IMG/VR virus record: IMGVR_UViG_3300027740_000003
Span: 192,001-256,000 of that record
Origin: a virus
Taxonomy: Duplodnaviria > Caudoviricetes
Reading direction: 5' to 3' (one strand)
DNA length: 64,000 nt
The position numbers and the translations under genes are program-made. Of the stretch, positions 37,436 through 47,299 are shown piece by piece; the first letter of the stretch is position 1, and each line of letters begins with the position of its first letter. The notes beneath the pieces were generated by a model. That model saw only the letters and a list, made by a program, of their open reading frames with translations, did not search any database and was not told the origin of the DNA.

Positions 37436-38187
37436 TATATTAATTCTCCCCAATTTTTATCAACATTTCTTTTTATAATGCTTTTTCTAGACATAAATAA
37501 TTTTTCATTATATTTATATCTTTCAGCATTATTACCTTCTAAAGTTAATCTTGGATGATACAAATGAACAACTTTGCAATTTACTTTAAAGTGTTTATTA
37601 CCAACGCTACACATTCTCTCTACAATATCATTATCATCATATCCTGTTCCAATAAAATCCTCATCATATCCACCTATATCTACAAAATCTTTCCTATTCA
37701 TTCCCATAAAAAAAGGCAAATGCATATTATATAATGTTTGCAAGGAATTATAATCAGTAGATATTAGCTCTCTACCAGTACGTAATATTCGTAAAAACCT
37801 TCCTATTTCATCATCTTTAATATCAGGTATAGTTAATAGTTTTTTATTAACATTTAATATGTTCAACATGTCCTGTACAGTATTATCCAAATGATACATT
37901 TCAGCACATGAAATAAATATAAAATCACTATCTGTTCTCTTTACCCCATAATTTACAGCGTATCCTGGAATTCTCCATTGTGTAGAATTTTTACCAGTAT
38001 GAAAATATTTTATATTTAATTTATTTTCATAAGACATACATATATTTTCAGTATCATCATTTCCCCCATCATTTAAAACCACTACCTCTATTTCAGATTG
38101 TGAAAAAGATTGTTTGGCCAATGAGGCCAATCCATAATTTAATAGTTCGGATCTGTTAAAAGATGTAATTAATATTGTTGCTTTCAT
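37435..38187 (-). CDS. GT2-family glycosyltransferase with a GT7-like C-terminal motif
   Basis: ILITSFNR, VVVLNDGG, NYGVK, GGYDEDFIGTGYDDND, HLYH. Confidence 0.85.
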   Translation of the reverse strand: MKATILITSFNRSELLNYGLASLAKQSFSQSEIEVVVLNDGGNDDTENICMSYENKLNIKYFHTGKNSTQWRIPGYAVNYGVKRTDSDFIFISCAEMYHLDNTVQDMLNILNVNKKLLTIPDIKDDEIGRFLRILRTGRELISTDYNSLQTLYNMHLPFFMGMNRKDFVDIGGYDEDFIGTGYDDNDIVERMCSVGNKHFKVNCKVVHLYHPRLTLEGNNAERYKYNEKLFMSRKSIIKRNVDKNWGELI

Positions 38188-38792
38188 TAGTATTGTTTCC
38201 CCAGAACCGCATCATAATAATAAATAACCTTATCAATCCGCACTTGATGTTTTATTTTTGGCCAAGCTTGTTTTACCCAAGCAAAATCCTCACCAGTATT
38301 GGTTTGTGGAAAAATACAAGTTTTTGCAATTCTTGATGCCCAAACCATATTGTGAGACGGTTTTCCATACCACAATTCTGGAATTTCATTTTTAACACTG
38401 CAATTTTCTATTGTCCATGGTGCCAATTTGGTATAATCATATTCTATGCCAAATTTGGAATGTATTTTTCTACAGCCACTAATTACACAAATCATATCAT
38501 AAACAATACAATCAGCATTAGGATTGCAATCTATAGCATTTAATATCTCAAATAGAAAGTCCTCGGAAATCCTATCATCATCATCTACAAATACAATAAA
38601 ACTTCCGGAGGCCATATTTAATAATATATTTCTTTTTTCACCTATTGTTTTTTTATAATTGTCTAACAAACCCAAAACCTCAACATCGTTCCTGTTATTT
38701 TTTATAATTTGATTATTTATATTTTCTATCATATTAGTAAAAAACCGCTCGCATCTTTTTGTTGTAGTTGGAACTAATATACTAAGTTTCAT
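38187..38792 (-). CDS. GT2-family glycosyltransferase
   Basis: LSILVPT, IGEKRN, FIVFVDDDD, GEDFAW. Confidence 0.85.
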   Translation of the reverse strand: MKLSILVPTTTKRCERFFTNMIENINNQIIKNNRNDVEVLGLLDNYKKTIGEKRNILLNMASGSFIVFVDDDDRISEDFLFEILNAIDCNPNADCIVYDMICVISGCRKIHSKFGIEYDYTKLAPWTIENCSVKNEIPELWYGKPSHNMVWASRIAKTCIFPQTNTGEDFAWVKQAWPKIKHQVRIDKVIYYYDAVLGKQY

Positions 38793-41566
38793 TTTGCACC
38801 AATATATTTTACTACCTTTCCAATAAAGGTAGTTTTATCTCCGTTTAATGTTGTTATTGTATTTTCTAAATTTGCTGTTTTTGGATGCCCTCCATACCAA
38901 TGAAATCCAATAGCATTATAATAATCCTCTACATTTAAATTATAATTAAGAAAGAAATCAATATTCTGTATCGAATATACGGTCTGTACATTTATATGTA
39001 ATGCATTTTCATTTCTTGTAAACAATTTATTTCCCATACTTTGATAATCTTTTGCTTTAAATTTTTTTATTGCTAAGTTTGATATTTTTTTATAAAAATC
39101 ATTATTTTGACTAGACATCAAAAATCCTATGGCATAAATTCCATCATCATAACAACAAACGCCAGTATGTGTTTTATTATTTAAATCATTATTATCAATC
39201 ATATAATTTATAGGTTGAACATAAAGAATATCCATATCTGACCAAACGCCACCTTCCCCTGATAATAAAATCCATCTCAAAAAATCAGACTTATGTACTT
39301 CATGGGCAGTATTGGAAAATCCATATTTATCAAAATTATGTTTAACAAATTCTACATTTAAATCATGTATTAAATCAAAACAATTACTAACATTATTTTG
39401 AATTGATTTAGATATTTTTTGTTCAAGCGTTTTCCAAGTAGGAACAATTGTTCCTAAAACTTCAGGAATATGTAATTTTATTTTCCAATCCGGATTTTGT
39501 TTTCTAAAAGAATATATACTTAAATATCTTAAAAAAGATAATTTTTCTCCTCCCCAGTAAAAATGGGCTACTTTAGGTATATTTTCAAACTTCCATTCAT
39601 TAGACCTATTTATAATAGCAACATTTCCCCAGCCTTTATTATTTCTAACTATAATATTCTCTCTTTCTTTATATAGTTTTCTATTATAATCTACTCTTTG
39701 TTGAACATATTGATTTTCTATTTTAAGAGTTTTTCCATTTATTAATAATCTTTCATGATATAAATGTATTATTCTGTCATTCGTGTAATGATATTTACAG
39801 CCATATTTTTTTAATCTTTCAGACAAATCGTTATCATCTGCAACAAGTCCAATAAAATCTTCATCATATCCACCAATATCAATAAAATATTGTCTATTTA
39901 AACCTAGAAAATATGGCAGCTGCATTGTTGCTGGATCATTCTCCATTATTTTTTCTTTATTAAAATCATTTTCAATATTTATAGATCCATCTTTCAATTT
40001 ATTTAGAAAGTTTCCAGAACCTTCTTTTCCAACACATGTGGTTATAATTTTCTCATTATTATTTTCTAAAACATTTAACATCGAAGATATAGTATTATCT
40101 AAATGATATATTTCTGCACATGAAATAAATATAAATTTTCCTTTAGCTATTTTGACACCAATGTTTATAGCATATCCGGGAATTCTCGAAACAATACTAT
40201 TTAAATTTCTCTGACCAGTAAAAATATATTTTATATCCAAATCAGTAAATTCTGAACATATTCTCTCAGTATCATCAGGAAGATAATCATTGATAACTAT
40301 TATTTCTACATCGTTTTTATTAAAATCCTGTTTTGCAATTGAAGACAATCCAAACTTTAACAATTCCGATCTGTTGTAGGTACTAATTAAAATTGATGCT
40401 TTTTTACATTCCGTATTGTTATTTACAAACAATGGCACAACAACTTTCCAAGGCAAATTAATATCGAAATTTTGTGTGGTTATAGGTTGTAATGTGTTTT
40501 CATGTATATTATAATTAGAACTACTTGTTTTTACTATTTTTATATTATTTATTACCAAACTTCCAGTAGACATCTTTGCCGGCCGATAAACATTTAATAT
40601 ATACGTCTCCCCATATCCTTTATTTCCAGAATATATATCAACATTTATATTATTATTTCCTACTATGTTTTGATATACTACGCCTACATTATTTAATAAT
40701 TGTACTCCTAACCTTCCATTTCCATTAATAACTCTAGATGAAAGAGAAATATTATATGTTGTGTTTGGTTCTAATAATGCCAACGGGATAGAAAACTTTC
40801 CCATACTAGACATCACTATTCCCCCGGATACTTTATTACACTTTTCTAACGAAGAAGCTAAAGTATCAACGGAAGCATCAATGATTATATTACTCATAGT
40901 TCTCTCTTCATTAACTAACTCACAGACCGTATGTTTTTGTATTGCTTGTTCTTCTTTAACAGCTTGTATCTTTGATGCAACAACAATATCATTTGGAACA
41001 TGATTCTCTATAACAGCGCTGGTGTTCATCGTAATATCAAAAATTCTACATTGATAAATAAATACTATCTTTCCATTCTTCCTAATCCACCCATTAGGAG
41101 GATCTGTCTGCAAATCTAAAATGTCAGCTTCATTATCTATCTCTGCTGCCTCTGAAGCAAATACACCAAAATCTGTTTTGTTTATCCCCGAAGACTTTCC
41201 AATTTTACGCAAAAATAAATCCATATCGTTAGATATAAACGTGGGAATCTCAACAGGCTCACTCACAATAATATCTTCAACAAATAATTTAGAAACAAGA
41301 ATATGTCCCGTTGCTCCACGAGGCCTAGAAATAACTACATCACTGGCCGTCTTTATTAGTGTTGGTTTTGTAGGATTTAATACATGAGTCGCCCCGTTTA
41401 CAATAATGTTTACATCAGATCCTCGGACTCGAAAAAATTCAACAAATCCTTCACGGGGCAATAAAAACCTTACAGAGCTTCTTTCTCCATTTAATCGTAA
41501 ACTGGCACCAACTTTACAACAATATTGCTGAGAAATTATCACACTGTGTAGGTCTAACTGCTTCAC
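38789..41566 (-). CDS. Multidomain glycosyltransferase: beta-rich N-terminus + GT2 + GT32-like (DxD) domain (925 aa)
   Basis: GT2 ILISTYNR...GGYDEDF; GT32-like IPKVAHFYW...KSDFLRW...GGVWSDMDIL. Confidence 0.85.
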   Translation of the reverse strand: MKQLDLHSVIISQQYCCKVGASLRLNGERSSVRFLLPREGFVEFFRVRGSDVNIIVNGATHVLNPTKPTLIKTASDVVISRPRGATGHILVSKLFVEDIIVSEPVEIPTFISNDMDLFLRKIGKSSGINKTDFGVFASEAAEIDNEADILDLQTDPPNGWIRKNGKIVFIYQCRIFDITMNTSAVIENHVPNDIVVASKIQAVKEEQAIQKHTVCELVNEERTMSNIIIDASVDTLASSLEKCNKVSGGIVMSSMGKFSIPLALLEPNTTYNISLSSRVINGNGRLGVQLLNNVGVVYQNIVGNNNINVDIYSGNKGYGETYILNVYRPAKMSTGSLVINNIKIVKTSSSNYNIHENTLQPITTQNFDINLPWKVVVPLFVNNNTECKKASILISTYNRSELLKFGLSSIAKQDFNKNDVEIIVINDYLPDDTERICSEFTDLDIKYIFTGQRNLNSIVSRIPGYAINIGVKIAKGKFIFISCAEIYHLDNTISSMLNVLENNNEKIITTCVGKEGSGNFLNKLKDGSINIENDFNKEKIMENDPATMQLPYFLGLNRQYFIDIGGYDEDFIGLVADDNDLSERLKKYGCKYHYTNDRIIHLYHERLLINGKTLKIENQYVQQRVDYNRKLYKERENIIVRNNKGWGNVAIINRSNEWKFENIPKVAHFYWGGEKLSFLRYLSIYSFRKQNPDWKIKLHIPEVLGTIVPTWKTLEQKISKSIQNNVSNCFDLIHDLNVEFVKHNFDKYGFSNTAHEVHKSDFLRWILLSGEGGVWSDMDILYVQPINYMIDNNDLNNKTHTGVCCYDDGIYAIGFLMSSQNNDFYKKISNLAIKKFKAKDYQSMGNKLFTRNENALHINVQTVYSIQNIDFFLNYNLNVEDYYNAIGFHWYGGHPKTANLENTITTLNGDKTTFIGKVVKYIGAK

Positions 41567-42315
41567 TAGTCTTCCTTATATGATACATATATTGGCAACT
41601 TGCCCTGTGAATATAATGCACAATTATTCCGGAACTCACTAACTTTACTATCATGCTCAAATGTTTTAAATTTCCTATACTCCCCCGTGTCATATTCTCC
41701 TACTCCCAGATGAATTCCCGGCTCTTTCAGATATCCTAGTTTAAATCCAAAAAACCTAGCTCTCATACCATAGTCGCTATCTTCTAAACCATAAAATCCA
41801 GTGTTTTTACCAGGAACATTATATTGTTTAAAAAATCCAAGAGCTTTATGCAACGGTTTCCCAAACACCATACAAGCAGTACCCAAATTCCCCTGAGGCT
41901 TATTCTGAAACTCATGCCCTCCCAGCTTAACCAAAGGATATGTTGTTGCCTCAAAATTGACTCCTACGGCACCGTAAACAGGATTGGCCTTGAGTATCCC
42001 AAGGCACTCTCCAAGCCATCCTGAAGGCACCTCGACATCATTATCAATGGTACAATACCAATCCGCCCCCATCTGGTCAGCTGCCCATAATGCTTGGTTC
42101 CTTCCTTTGCAAATACCTAGATTATCTGAATTTAATATCAACCTACCCTTCCCAACCAAATAATCATTTAGGAATTCCACAGTCCCATCTGTAGAACAAT
42201 TATCAACAACAACTAGCTCATAATCCAAATCTGTATTTTTTTCTAATGAAGCTAATGTTAATTTTGTAAGCTCCAGCCTGTTATAAGTTATCATCATTAG
42301 AACTATTTTTTCCAT
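41566..42315 (-). CDS. GT2-family glycosyltransferase
   Basis: MITYNR, VVVDNCSTDGT, GRNQAL, TIDNDV, YGLEDSDY. Confidence 0.9.
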   Translation of the reverse strand: MEKIVLMMITYNRLELTKLTLASLEKNTDLDYELVVVDNCSTDGTVEFLNDYLVGKGRLILNSDNLGICKGRNQALWAADQMGADWYCTIDNDVEVPSGWLGECLGILKANPVYGAVGVNFEATTYPLVKLGGHEFQNKPQGNLGTACMVFGKPLHKALGFFKQYNVPGKNTGFYGLEDSDYGMRARFFGFKLGYLKEPGIHLGVGEYDTGEYRKFKTFEHDSKVSEFRNNCALYSQGKLPIYVSYKED

Positions 42316-43274
42316 TTTAATACCTCAAACATCTCCAACGGAGTCAAGTTTTTACTGGTTATTATTTTCTTGTTTGGATTTATAAATTTCTTATTTCTTA
42401 TCAAACAGCATTCATTATAAAGTTTTAATGCACATGGCGTTGTGTTCCCAATAAACAACCCCGCCAAAACAAAATCTGGTTCCTTTGATAAAACAAAACT
42501 CGACTCTTTAATCAGATAAACAATATTCTCTACGTCCAACGAAATAGTTAATGCCCCCGTTCCATAATACTTTTGTGGATTAGGTGAGGCTATTATTAAA
42601 TTATAATTTGTTTTAGTTAACATTGCGGCAAATGATCTAACTTCGTTTATCCCCCATGTAAGACTTAAACTGTTATGATCAGACCATCCCGTTATATCAG
42701 GGAATAATAATACAAACCTTTTTTTCAAATCAAACCTAGATGTATTTGCTATCTTTAGTAATTTCTCAGGCAACTCTATCCTTCTTAATTGTGGAATATA
42801 TTTTTCATTCCATGTTATCATTAAATTATTAAATAATTGTTTTAATAATGGCTTGTCATTTCTATATTTAAATTCCCCCCAATAAGTATAAACATCAATA
42901 TAATTATTTAAACAATTCATAATTGCTGCCGTTTTGTTCTTATTAAAAAATACAGGAACAGTATATTGGTGAAGAACAGATGCTGAAATACGTTTGGTTG
43001 GTTTGGCCAAACCCTGAATATCATTAAGTTTTTTAAATAATGAGTTGCCACACCATTCCATTGGATAACGTGAATATATTGTATTCAACGCTTCAAAATA
43101 AGATAATGAAAATAAATTTTCAATAAACCCTCCGTTAAGACAAAGCACGCCGGTTTTATCACGAAATAAATGGTTCCACCTATCAGAGTTCATTTCTGGA
43201 ATAATGAATTTATGATTCCCTAACGTATAAGGAACTCCTTCAGCAAAAGGAAATATCTTAGTGCTTTGGTACAT
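42303..43274 (-). CDS. Divergent GT-B protein, GT9 (heptosyltransferase)-like layout
   Basis: GGFIENLFSLSYFEALNTIY...W, VLLFP...TWG, LIKESSFVLS follow GT9 spacing; weak match. Confidence 0.4.
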   Translation of the reverse strand: MYQSTKIFPFAEGVPYTLGNHKFIIPEMNSDRWNHLFRDKTGVLCLNGGFIENLFSLSYFEALNTIYSRYPMEWCGNSLFKKLNDIQGLAKPTKRISASVLHQYTVPVFFNKNKTAAIMNCLNNYIDVYTYWGEFKYRNDKPLLKQLFNNLMITWNEKYIPQLRRIELPEKLLKIANTSRFDLKKRFVLLFPDITGWSDHNSLSLTWGINEVRSFAAMLTKTNYNLIIASPNPQKYYGTGALTISLDVENIVYLIKESSFVLSKEPDFVLAGLFIGNTTPCALKLYNECCLIRNKKFINPNKKIITSKNLTPLEMFEVLKWKK

Positions 43275-44097
43275 ACAACATGTAGTTTGGATTGTTTTGA
43301 TATATTTCTAAATCCATCTGGAATGTTTTTCCCCACTTATCTTTAAATAGTTTTACATTGCTCTGAACAAATAACTTATTTACAGGGTTTAACTTTAATG
43401 AAGAACTTTCGTTATGATAAAATAACGTATCTCCGCAATAAACAATTTTCTTTCCCATATTATATTTAATTGACAAATTCATATCAATGTCATCAAATGA
43501 CCATATAAATGATTCACACATTCCGGATATTCCAGATTTGTTTGCTGTACATACTTGTTTAAAATATTTAGATTTAGTTAAACAAACGGCAGCAGTACAA
43601 GCCTGAAATTCTCTATTAACATTATCTTGTTTATTTACTTTGTCTCCGCGGCGATAATGAAAAGGCATAAAATTATACTTAGCAGATCCTATTACCCCAA
43701 CATGAGTTATCGTATCTCCATCCGGATATAATATCTTTCCTCCAACTAATCCTACCCAAGAATCCTTTTCCATAATATTTATCATATTCTTTAATGATTT
43801 GTCGTCTATAACCCACAGATCATTATTAAGCAATAAAATATAATCATCATCGGCCGGTCTTGCTAAATCAAAAAGAATATTCATTCCTTCTGCAAAATTA
43901 TGTCTGTTATGTCCAGTATAATATGGAACAATATTGTTTGATTTAATAGATTCTAGAAACTCTTTCGAACCATCATTGCTACCATTGTCTTTTATATACC
44001 AACAATAATCTAATCCTTTTAATGCTGGAAGCAAAGATACATATAATCTTTCCAACAAAGGTTTGGCATTCCAGTGAAGAGTAAATATCTTAATCAT
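43258..44097 (-). CDS. GT2-family glycosyltransferase
   Basis: IKDNGSNDGS, NFAEGMN, LLLNND, FDDIDMNL, YHNESSS. Confidence 0.9.
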   Translation of the reverse strand: MIKIFTLHWNAKPLLERLYVSLLPALKGLDYCWYIKDNGSNDGSKEFLESIKSNNIVPYYTGHNRHNFAEGMNILFDLARPADDDYILLLNNDLWVIDDKSLKNMINIMEKDSWVGLVGGKILYPDGDTITHVGVIGSAKYNFMPFHYRRGDKVNKQDNVNREFQACTAAVCLTKSKYFKQVCTANKSGISGMCESFIWSFDDIDMNLSIKYNMGKKIVYCGDTLFYHNESSSLKLNPVNKLFVQSNVKLFKDKWGKTFQMDLEIYQNNPNYMLYVPKH

Positions 44098-44834
44098 CTC
44101 TTGGTCCACTTTGTTATAAATGTTCTTTTAGATTCTAAATACATATTAGACAAACCTAGCTTTTTAGATGTCATCTTCCCAAAATGAACAACCGGAACAG
44201 GAATAATTTTAAATGGTATTCTTAGTTCTGTAGCACGAAATGACAAATCAACGTCTTCATAATACGAAAAAAATTCCTGTGAAAACGGACCTTTAACAGT
44301 ATTCTCTGTAGGTATAAGTTTATCAAATACTTCTTTTCTAGCGCAAAGGCACCAACCAGACATATAGAAATTGCCGGACTCCATTGTGGTTGTTTCCCTA
44401 ATGAAGTTAAAATGTTCATCCAACAATCCTCCATTAGGCCCAACAATGCTTCCATCAGCAGCTGCATCAATAAGTTTCTGAGTCCATGTAGAATGGTCTT
44501 TCTGTACCCTTATATCGTTATTTAAAAAGAGAACGTATTCTCCTCGGGCTATCTGGTACCCTCGGTTAGAAGCTTCCCCAAACCCCCTATTATCTTTATT
44601 AATAATAGCTATGAGGTTCCTAGGACGATCTAATCCCGTCGGATGATCCGGATGAACACAATCTACCATAATAAATGGATTGGCCCAAAGATGGCAGCTG
44701 TCTTTGGTTCTATCTGTGCTTCCGTTATCTATCAAAATAACCTCATGATCCTCTGGCAACTTGGCAAGATCTTTCAGAGCAGATTTGGTAAAGTTCCAAT
44801 TATTGTGAACGGGTATTATTATACTTAGTTTCAT
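44094..44834 (-). CDS. GT2-family glycosyltransferase
   Basis: LSIIIPVHN, LIDNGSTD, GFGEASNRG, LFLNND, YYEDVDLS. Confidence 0.92.
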   Translation of the reverse strand: MKLSIIIPVHNNWNFTKSALKDLAKLPEDHEVILIDNGSTDRTKDSCHLWANPFIMVDCVHPDHPTGLDRPRNLIAIINKDNRGFGEASNRGYQIARGEYVLFLNNDIRVQKDHSTWTQKLIDAAADGSIVGPNGGLLDEHFNFIRETTTMESGNFYMSGWCLCARKEVFDKLIPTENTVKGPFSQEFFSYYEDVDLSFRATELRIPFKIIPVPVVHFGKMTSKKLGLSNMYLESKRTFITKWTKR

Positions 44835-46035
44835 TTATTTTTCTCATTTCTTTATTATTTTTTCTAGTTTCAATCATTTTTTTATAAGCACAAATAGGAC
44901 AAAAATGTCCTTTTTTTATTGAAGACGGAACTGCGAACCACCTATGCCCAATTTCACATTCCCATTCTAATTTTTGACGACATCCCAAATAAACAGAAGA
45001 AATACATTTTCCACCTTTTTCTTCAGCTGACTTTTTATATTCTTCGAATTTGTTATAATAAATATTGTGCATATACGCCTGCGACAAATCTATTTCTTTA
45101 TTTTCAACATTATACCCAAATTCTCTACATTTATTTATAATAAAATCTTTTAATCTAGGAAAACTTAATTTATTAAATAAGGTTGGAATGACTACAAGAT
45201 TGATTCCTTCTAATTTACACTGTTCTAGTTTTAATTTATCATTTCTTTGAACCTCTTCTAATCTATTATTTGATTTGCCAAATGAATTATTTTCATAATG
45301 ATGAGCTCCCTGATGTTCAAAAGCTAAATTTAATTCTTCACAATATCCGTCCAATTCAAGTTTAAAACCTTTGTCAGAACGCAAACAACCCAACCTAATA
45401 GTTTTAAATTCTTTATTAAAAAGTTGTTCAAAATGAGTCCTGCATACTTCTTCACTTAAATTATTATTTCTAGAACATTTTTGACACCAATGTCCTAAAC
45501 TTACAACATCAAAATATTTAATATAAAAAATATGTCCAAAATTACACATCATTTTTATTTTTGACAAACTTGTGTCATATTTTTTAGACAAACATTTTCC
45601 ACCATATTTTTCGACAATTTTTACCAAAACATCATAGTGTTTTTTATTATAACACTCTCGGCATTTGATCAAATCTCTACTTTGTGAATTAAAACTTTTA
45701 TTAAATTCACATCCACATTTTAAACATTTCCAATTTAATTTCTTTTTATTATAAATGTATTCTTTTGATACACAAATTACACCTGTGTCTTTTAATTGTT
45801 CATTTATATTTTCTATAGATCTTTTTTTATTAGTACAATAATTTTTTGAACAATATTGACATTTTATCAAAGATTTATTTTGACAATCTAAAGTTCTTTC
45901 AAATTCATTATTACATTTGAAACATTTCCATTTAAGCACTTGTCTATTATATTCATAATGATCTGATATACATATTACATCAAAATTTTTAAATTTTTCA
46001 TTTATGTTTTTAATTGTTAATTTATTTTTATACAT
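44800..46035 (-). CDS. Zn-finger-repeat PD-(D/E)xK (Vsr/DUF559-like) endonuclease, probable free-standing homing endonuclease
   Basis: Four CxSxxY..KLxWxCxx(C/H)...CxxC modules around ELDGY...LAFEHQG.HH; Lys/Asn-rich and very AT-rich. Confidence 0.75.
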   Translation of the reverse strand: MYKNKLTIKNINEKFKNFDVICISDHYEYNRQVLKWKCFKCNNEFERTLDCQNKSLIKCQYCSKNYCTNKKRSIENINEQLKDTGVICVSKEYIYNKKKLNWKCLKCGCEFNKSFNSQSRDLIKCRECYNKKHYDVLVKIVEKYGGKCLSKKYDTSLSKIKMMCNFGHIFYIKYFDVVSLGHWCQKCSRNNNLSEEVCRTHFEQLFNKEFKTIRLGCLRSDKGFKLELDGYCEELNLAFEHQGAHHYENNSFGKSNNRLEEVQRNDKLKLEQCKLEGINLVVIPTLFNKLSFPRLKDFIINKCREFGYNVENKEIDLSQAYMHNIYYNKFEEYKKSAEEKGGKCISSVYLGCRQKLEWECEIGHRWFAVPSSIKKGHFCPICAYKKMIETRKNNKEMRKINETKYNNTRSQ

Positions 46036-47233
46036 TTGTTAAACTTGTAATCTGTTGTGCCACATTATCCCAACTCATTATTTTTAACTGTTCTTTAATC
46101 ACTGGTCGGAACCTGTTCATTATGTCATCATAATTGCTAACTGCATATCTGAGTTTAGCAACTGCATCATCTATGTCCGGCTCAAACATCTCTGCAAATG
46201 GAGAATTTGTCCAGTATTGCATTTCTTTTGGAGCACGAATCATTTTGCCATCAATTAAAATAGAGTTGTTATTATTTAGGAAGTCTAGCTGCCCCCCATA
46301 GTTGGAATTAATTACCAAAATATTTGTGGCTAACGCTTGGGCCGAAGGCAGATGGAACCCTTCAGCATGAGTCATCGCAAATAAAATATTACAAGCATTA
46401 TATAGCGGAGTCATTGTGTCTAAGAATTCTGGAATAATTTCAACTTCAGCATGTTTTGGATACTTTTTATAAAAATCTTCTACAATTCTCCAAAAATCAA
46501 TATTAAATGGCATTGCTTTTTCTTTGGTCTGCTCTGGAGAATTCCTTTGATTCAGCTTCTTTGCAGCCCTAAGATTTCTAACCTGTTTCTGAACAATTGC
46601 TTTTGGTGAAGGTTTAACACTTATTTTGCACACCAAACAAACATCATCTTCTTTTGTGAACGCTTTTCCAAACGCTTCAAATAATCCTGGTATATTCTTT
46701 CTTATATGTGGTTGAGCTATATCTGATAATATTTTATATTTCTTTTTAGTCTTTAATTGATAAACCTTTTTGGAAGAATACTCTTCTACATTTATTCCAT
46801 GAGGCACAACTATAAGTTTTTCTTCTGGAATACCACTATTAGCAAATATTCTTTTTGAAAACTCTGAAGAAGGAAGCATCTTATCACAAAATTTATGAAG
46901 TTTAGCAAACCCTTCAGGAATAATCGTGGTTTCATAATTCCATATTCCAAATCTATTTTTATTTCCATTATTAAGATAACGTGGAAAGTTTGTCATTGCC
47001 GTATAAGATAATTGCATATCATAATTTTTATCTATATATTTCCACGGAGTCGAATCCTCTTGCTCTTTCCATTCTCGCAAATATGGTTTTAAATCTTCTG
47101 GAAAATATTTAATTCCATTTGTTGAAAACAAATGAACGTCATGATTTTGTTTTATTAATGCCCTGGCAATATTCGTGCCAACGATTTGCCAGCTGTGATT
47201 TTGAGCTAGGAACTGTTGAATTTTAATTTTCAT
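46028..47233 (-). CDS. GT4-family glycosyltransferase
   Basis: WNYETT, VVPHGIN, RKNIPGL, THAEGFHLPSAQALA, NYGGQLDF. Confidence 0.9.
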   Translation of the reverse strand: MKIKIQQFLAQNHSWQIVGTNIARALIKQNHDVHLFSTNGIKYFPEDLKPYLREWKEQEDSTPWKYIDKNYDMQLSYTAMTNFPRYLNNGNKNRFGIWNYETTIIPEGFAKLHKFCDKMLPSSEFSKRIFANSGIPEEKLIVVPHGINVEEYSSKKVYQLKTKKKYKILSDIAQPHIRKNIPGLFEAFGKAFTKEDDVCLVCKISVKPSPKAIVQKQVRNLRAAKKLNQRNSPEQTKEKAMPFNIDFWRIVEDFYKKYPKHAEVEIIPEFLDTMTPLYNACNILFAMTHAEGFHLPSAQALATNILVINSNYGGQLDFLNNNNSILIDGKMIRAPKEMQYWTNSPFAEMFEPDIDDAVAKLRYAVSNYDDIMNRFRPVIKEQLKIMSWDNVAQQITSLTNV

Positions 47234-47245
47234 AACTTGCCTTCA

Positions 47246-47275
47246 ATAAAAGAAAGGCTAGGACAAGCCTAGCCT
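47246..47275 (-). terminator. Rho-independent terminator-like hairpin after the baseplate operon
   Basis: Minus strand AGGCTAGG-CTTGT-CCTAGCCT (8-bp stem) followed by TTCTTTTATT. Confidence 0.75.
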
Positions 47276-47299
47276 CGAATATTTCTTTCTTTTCTTTAA

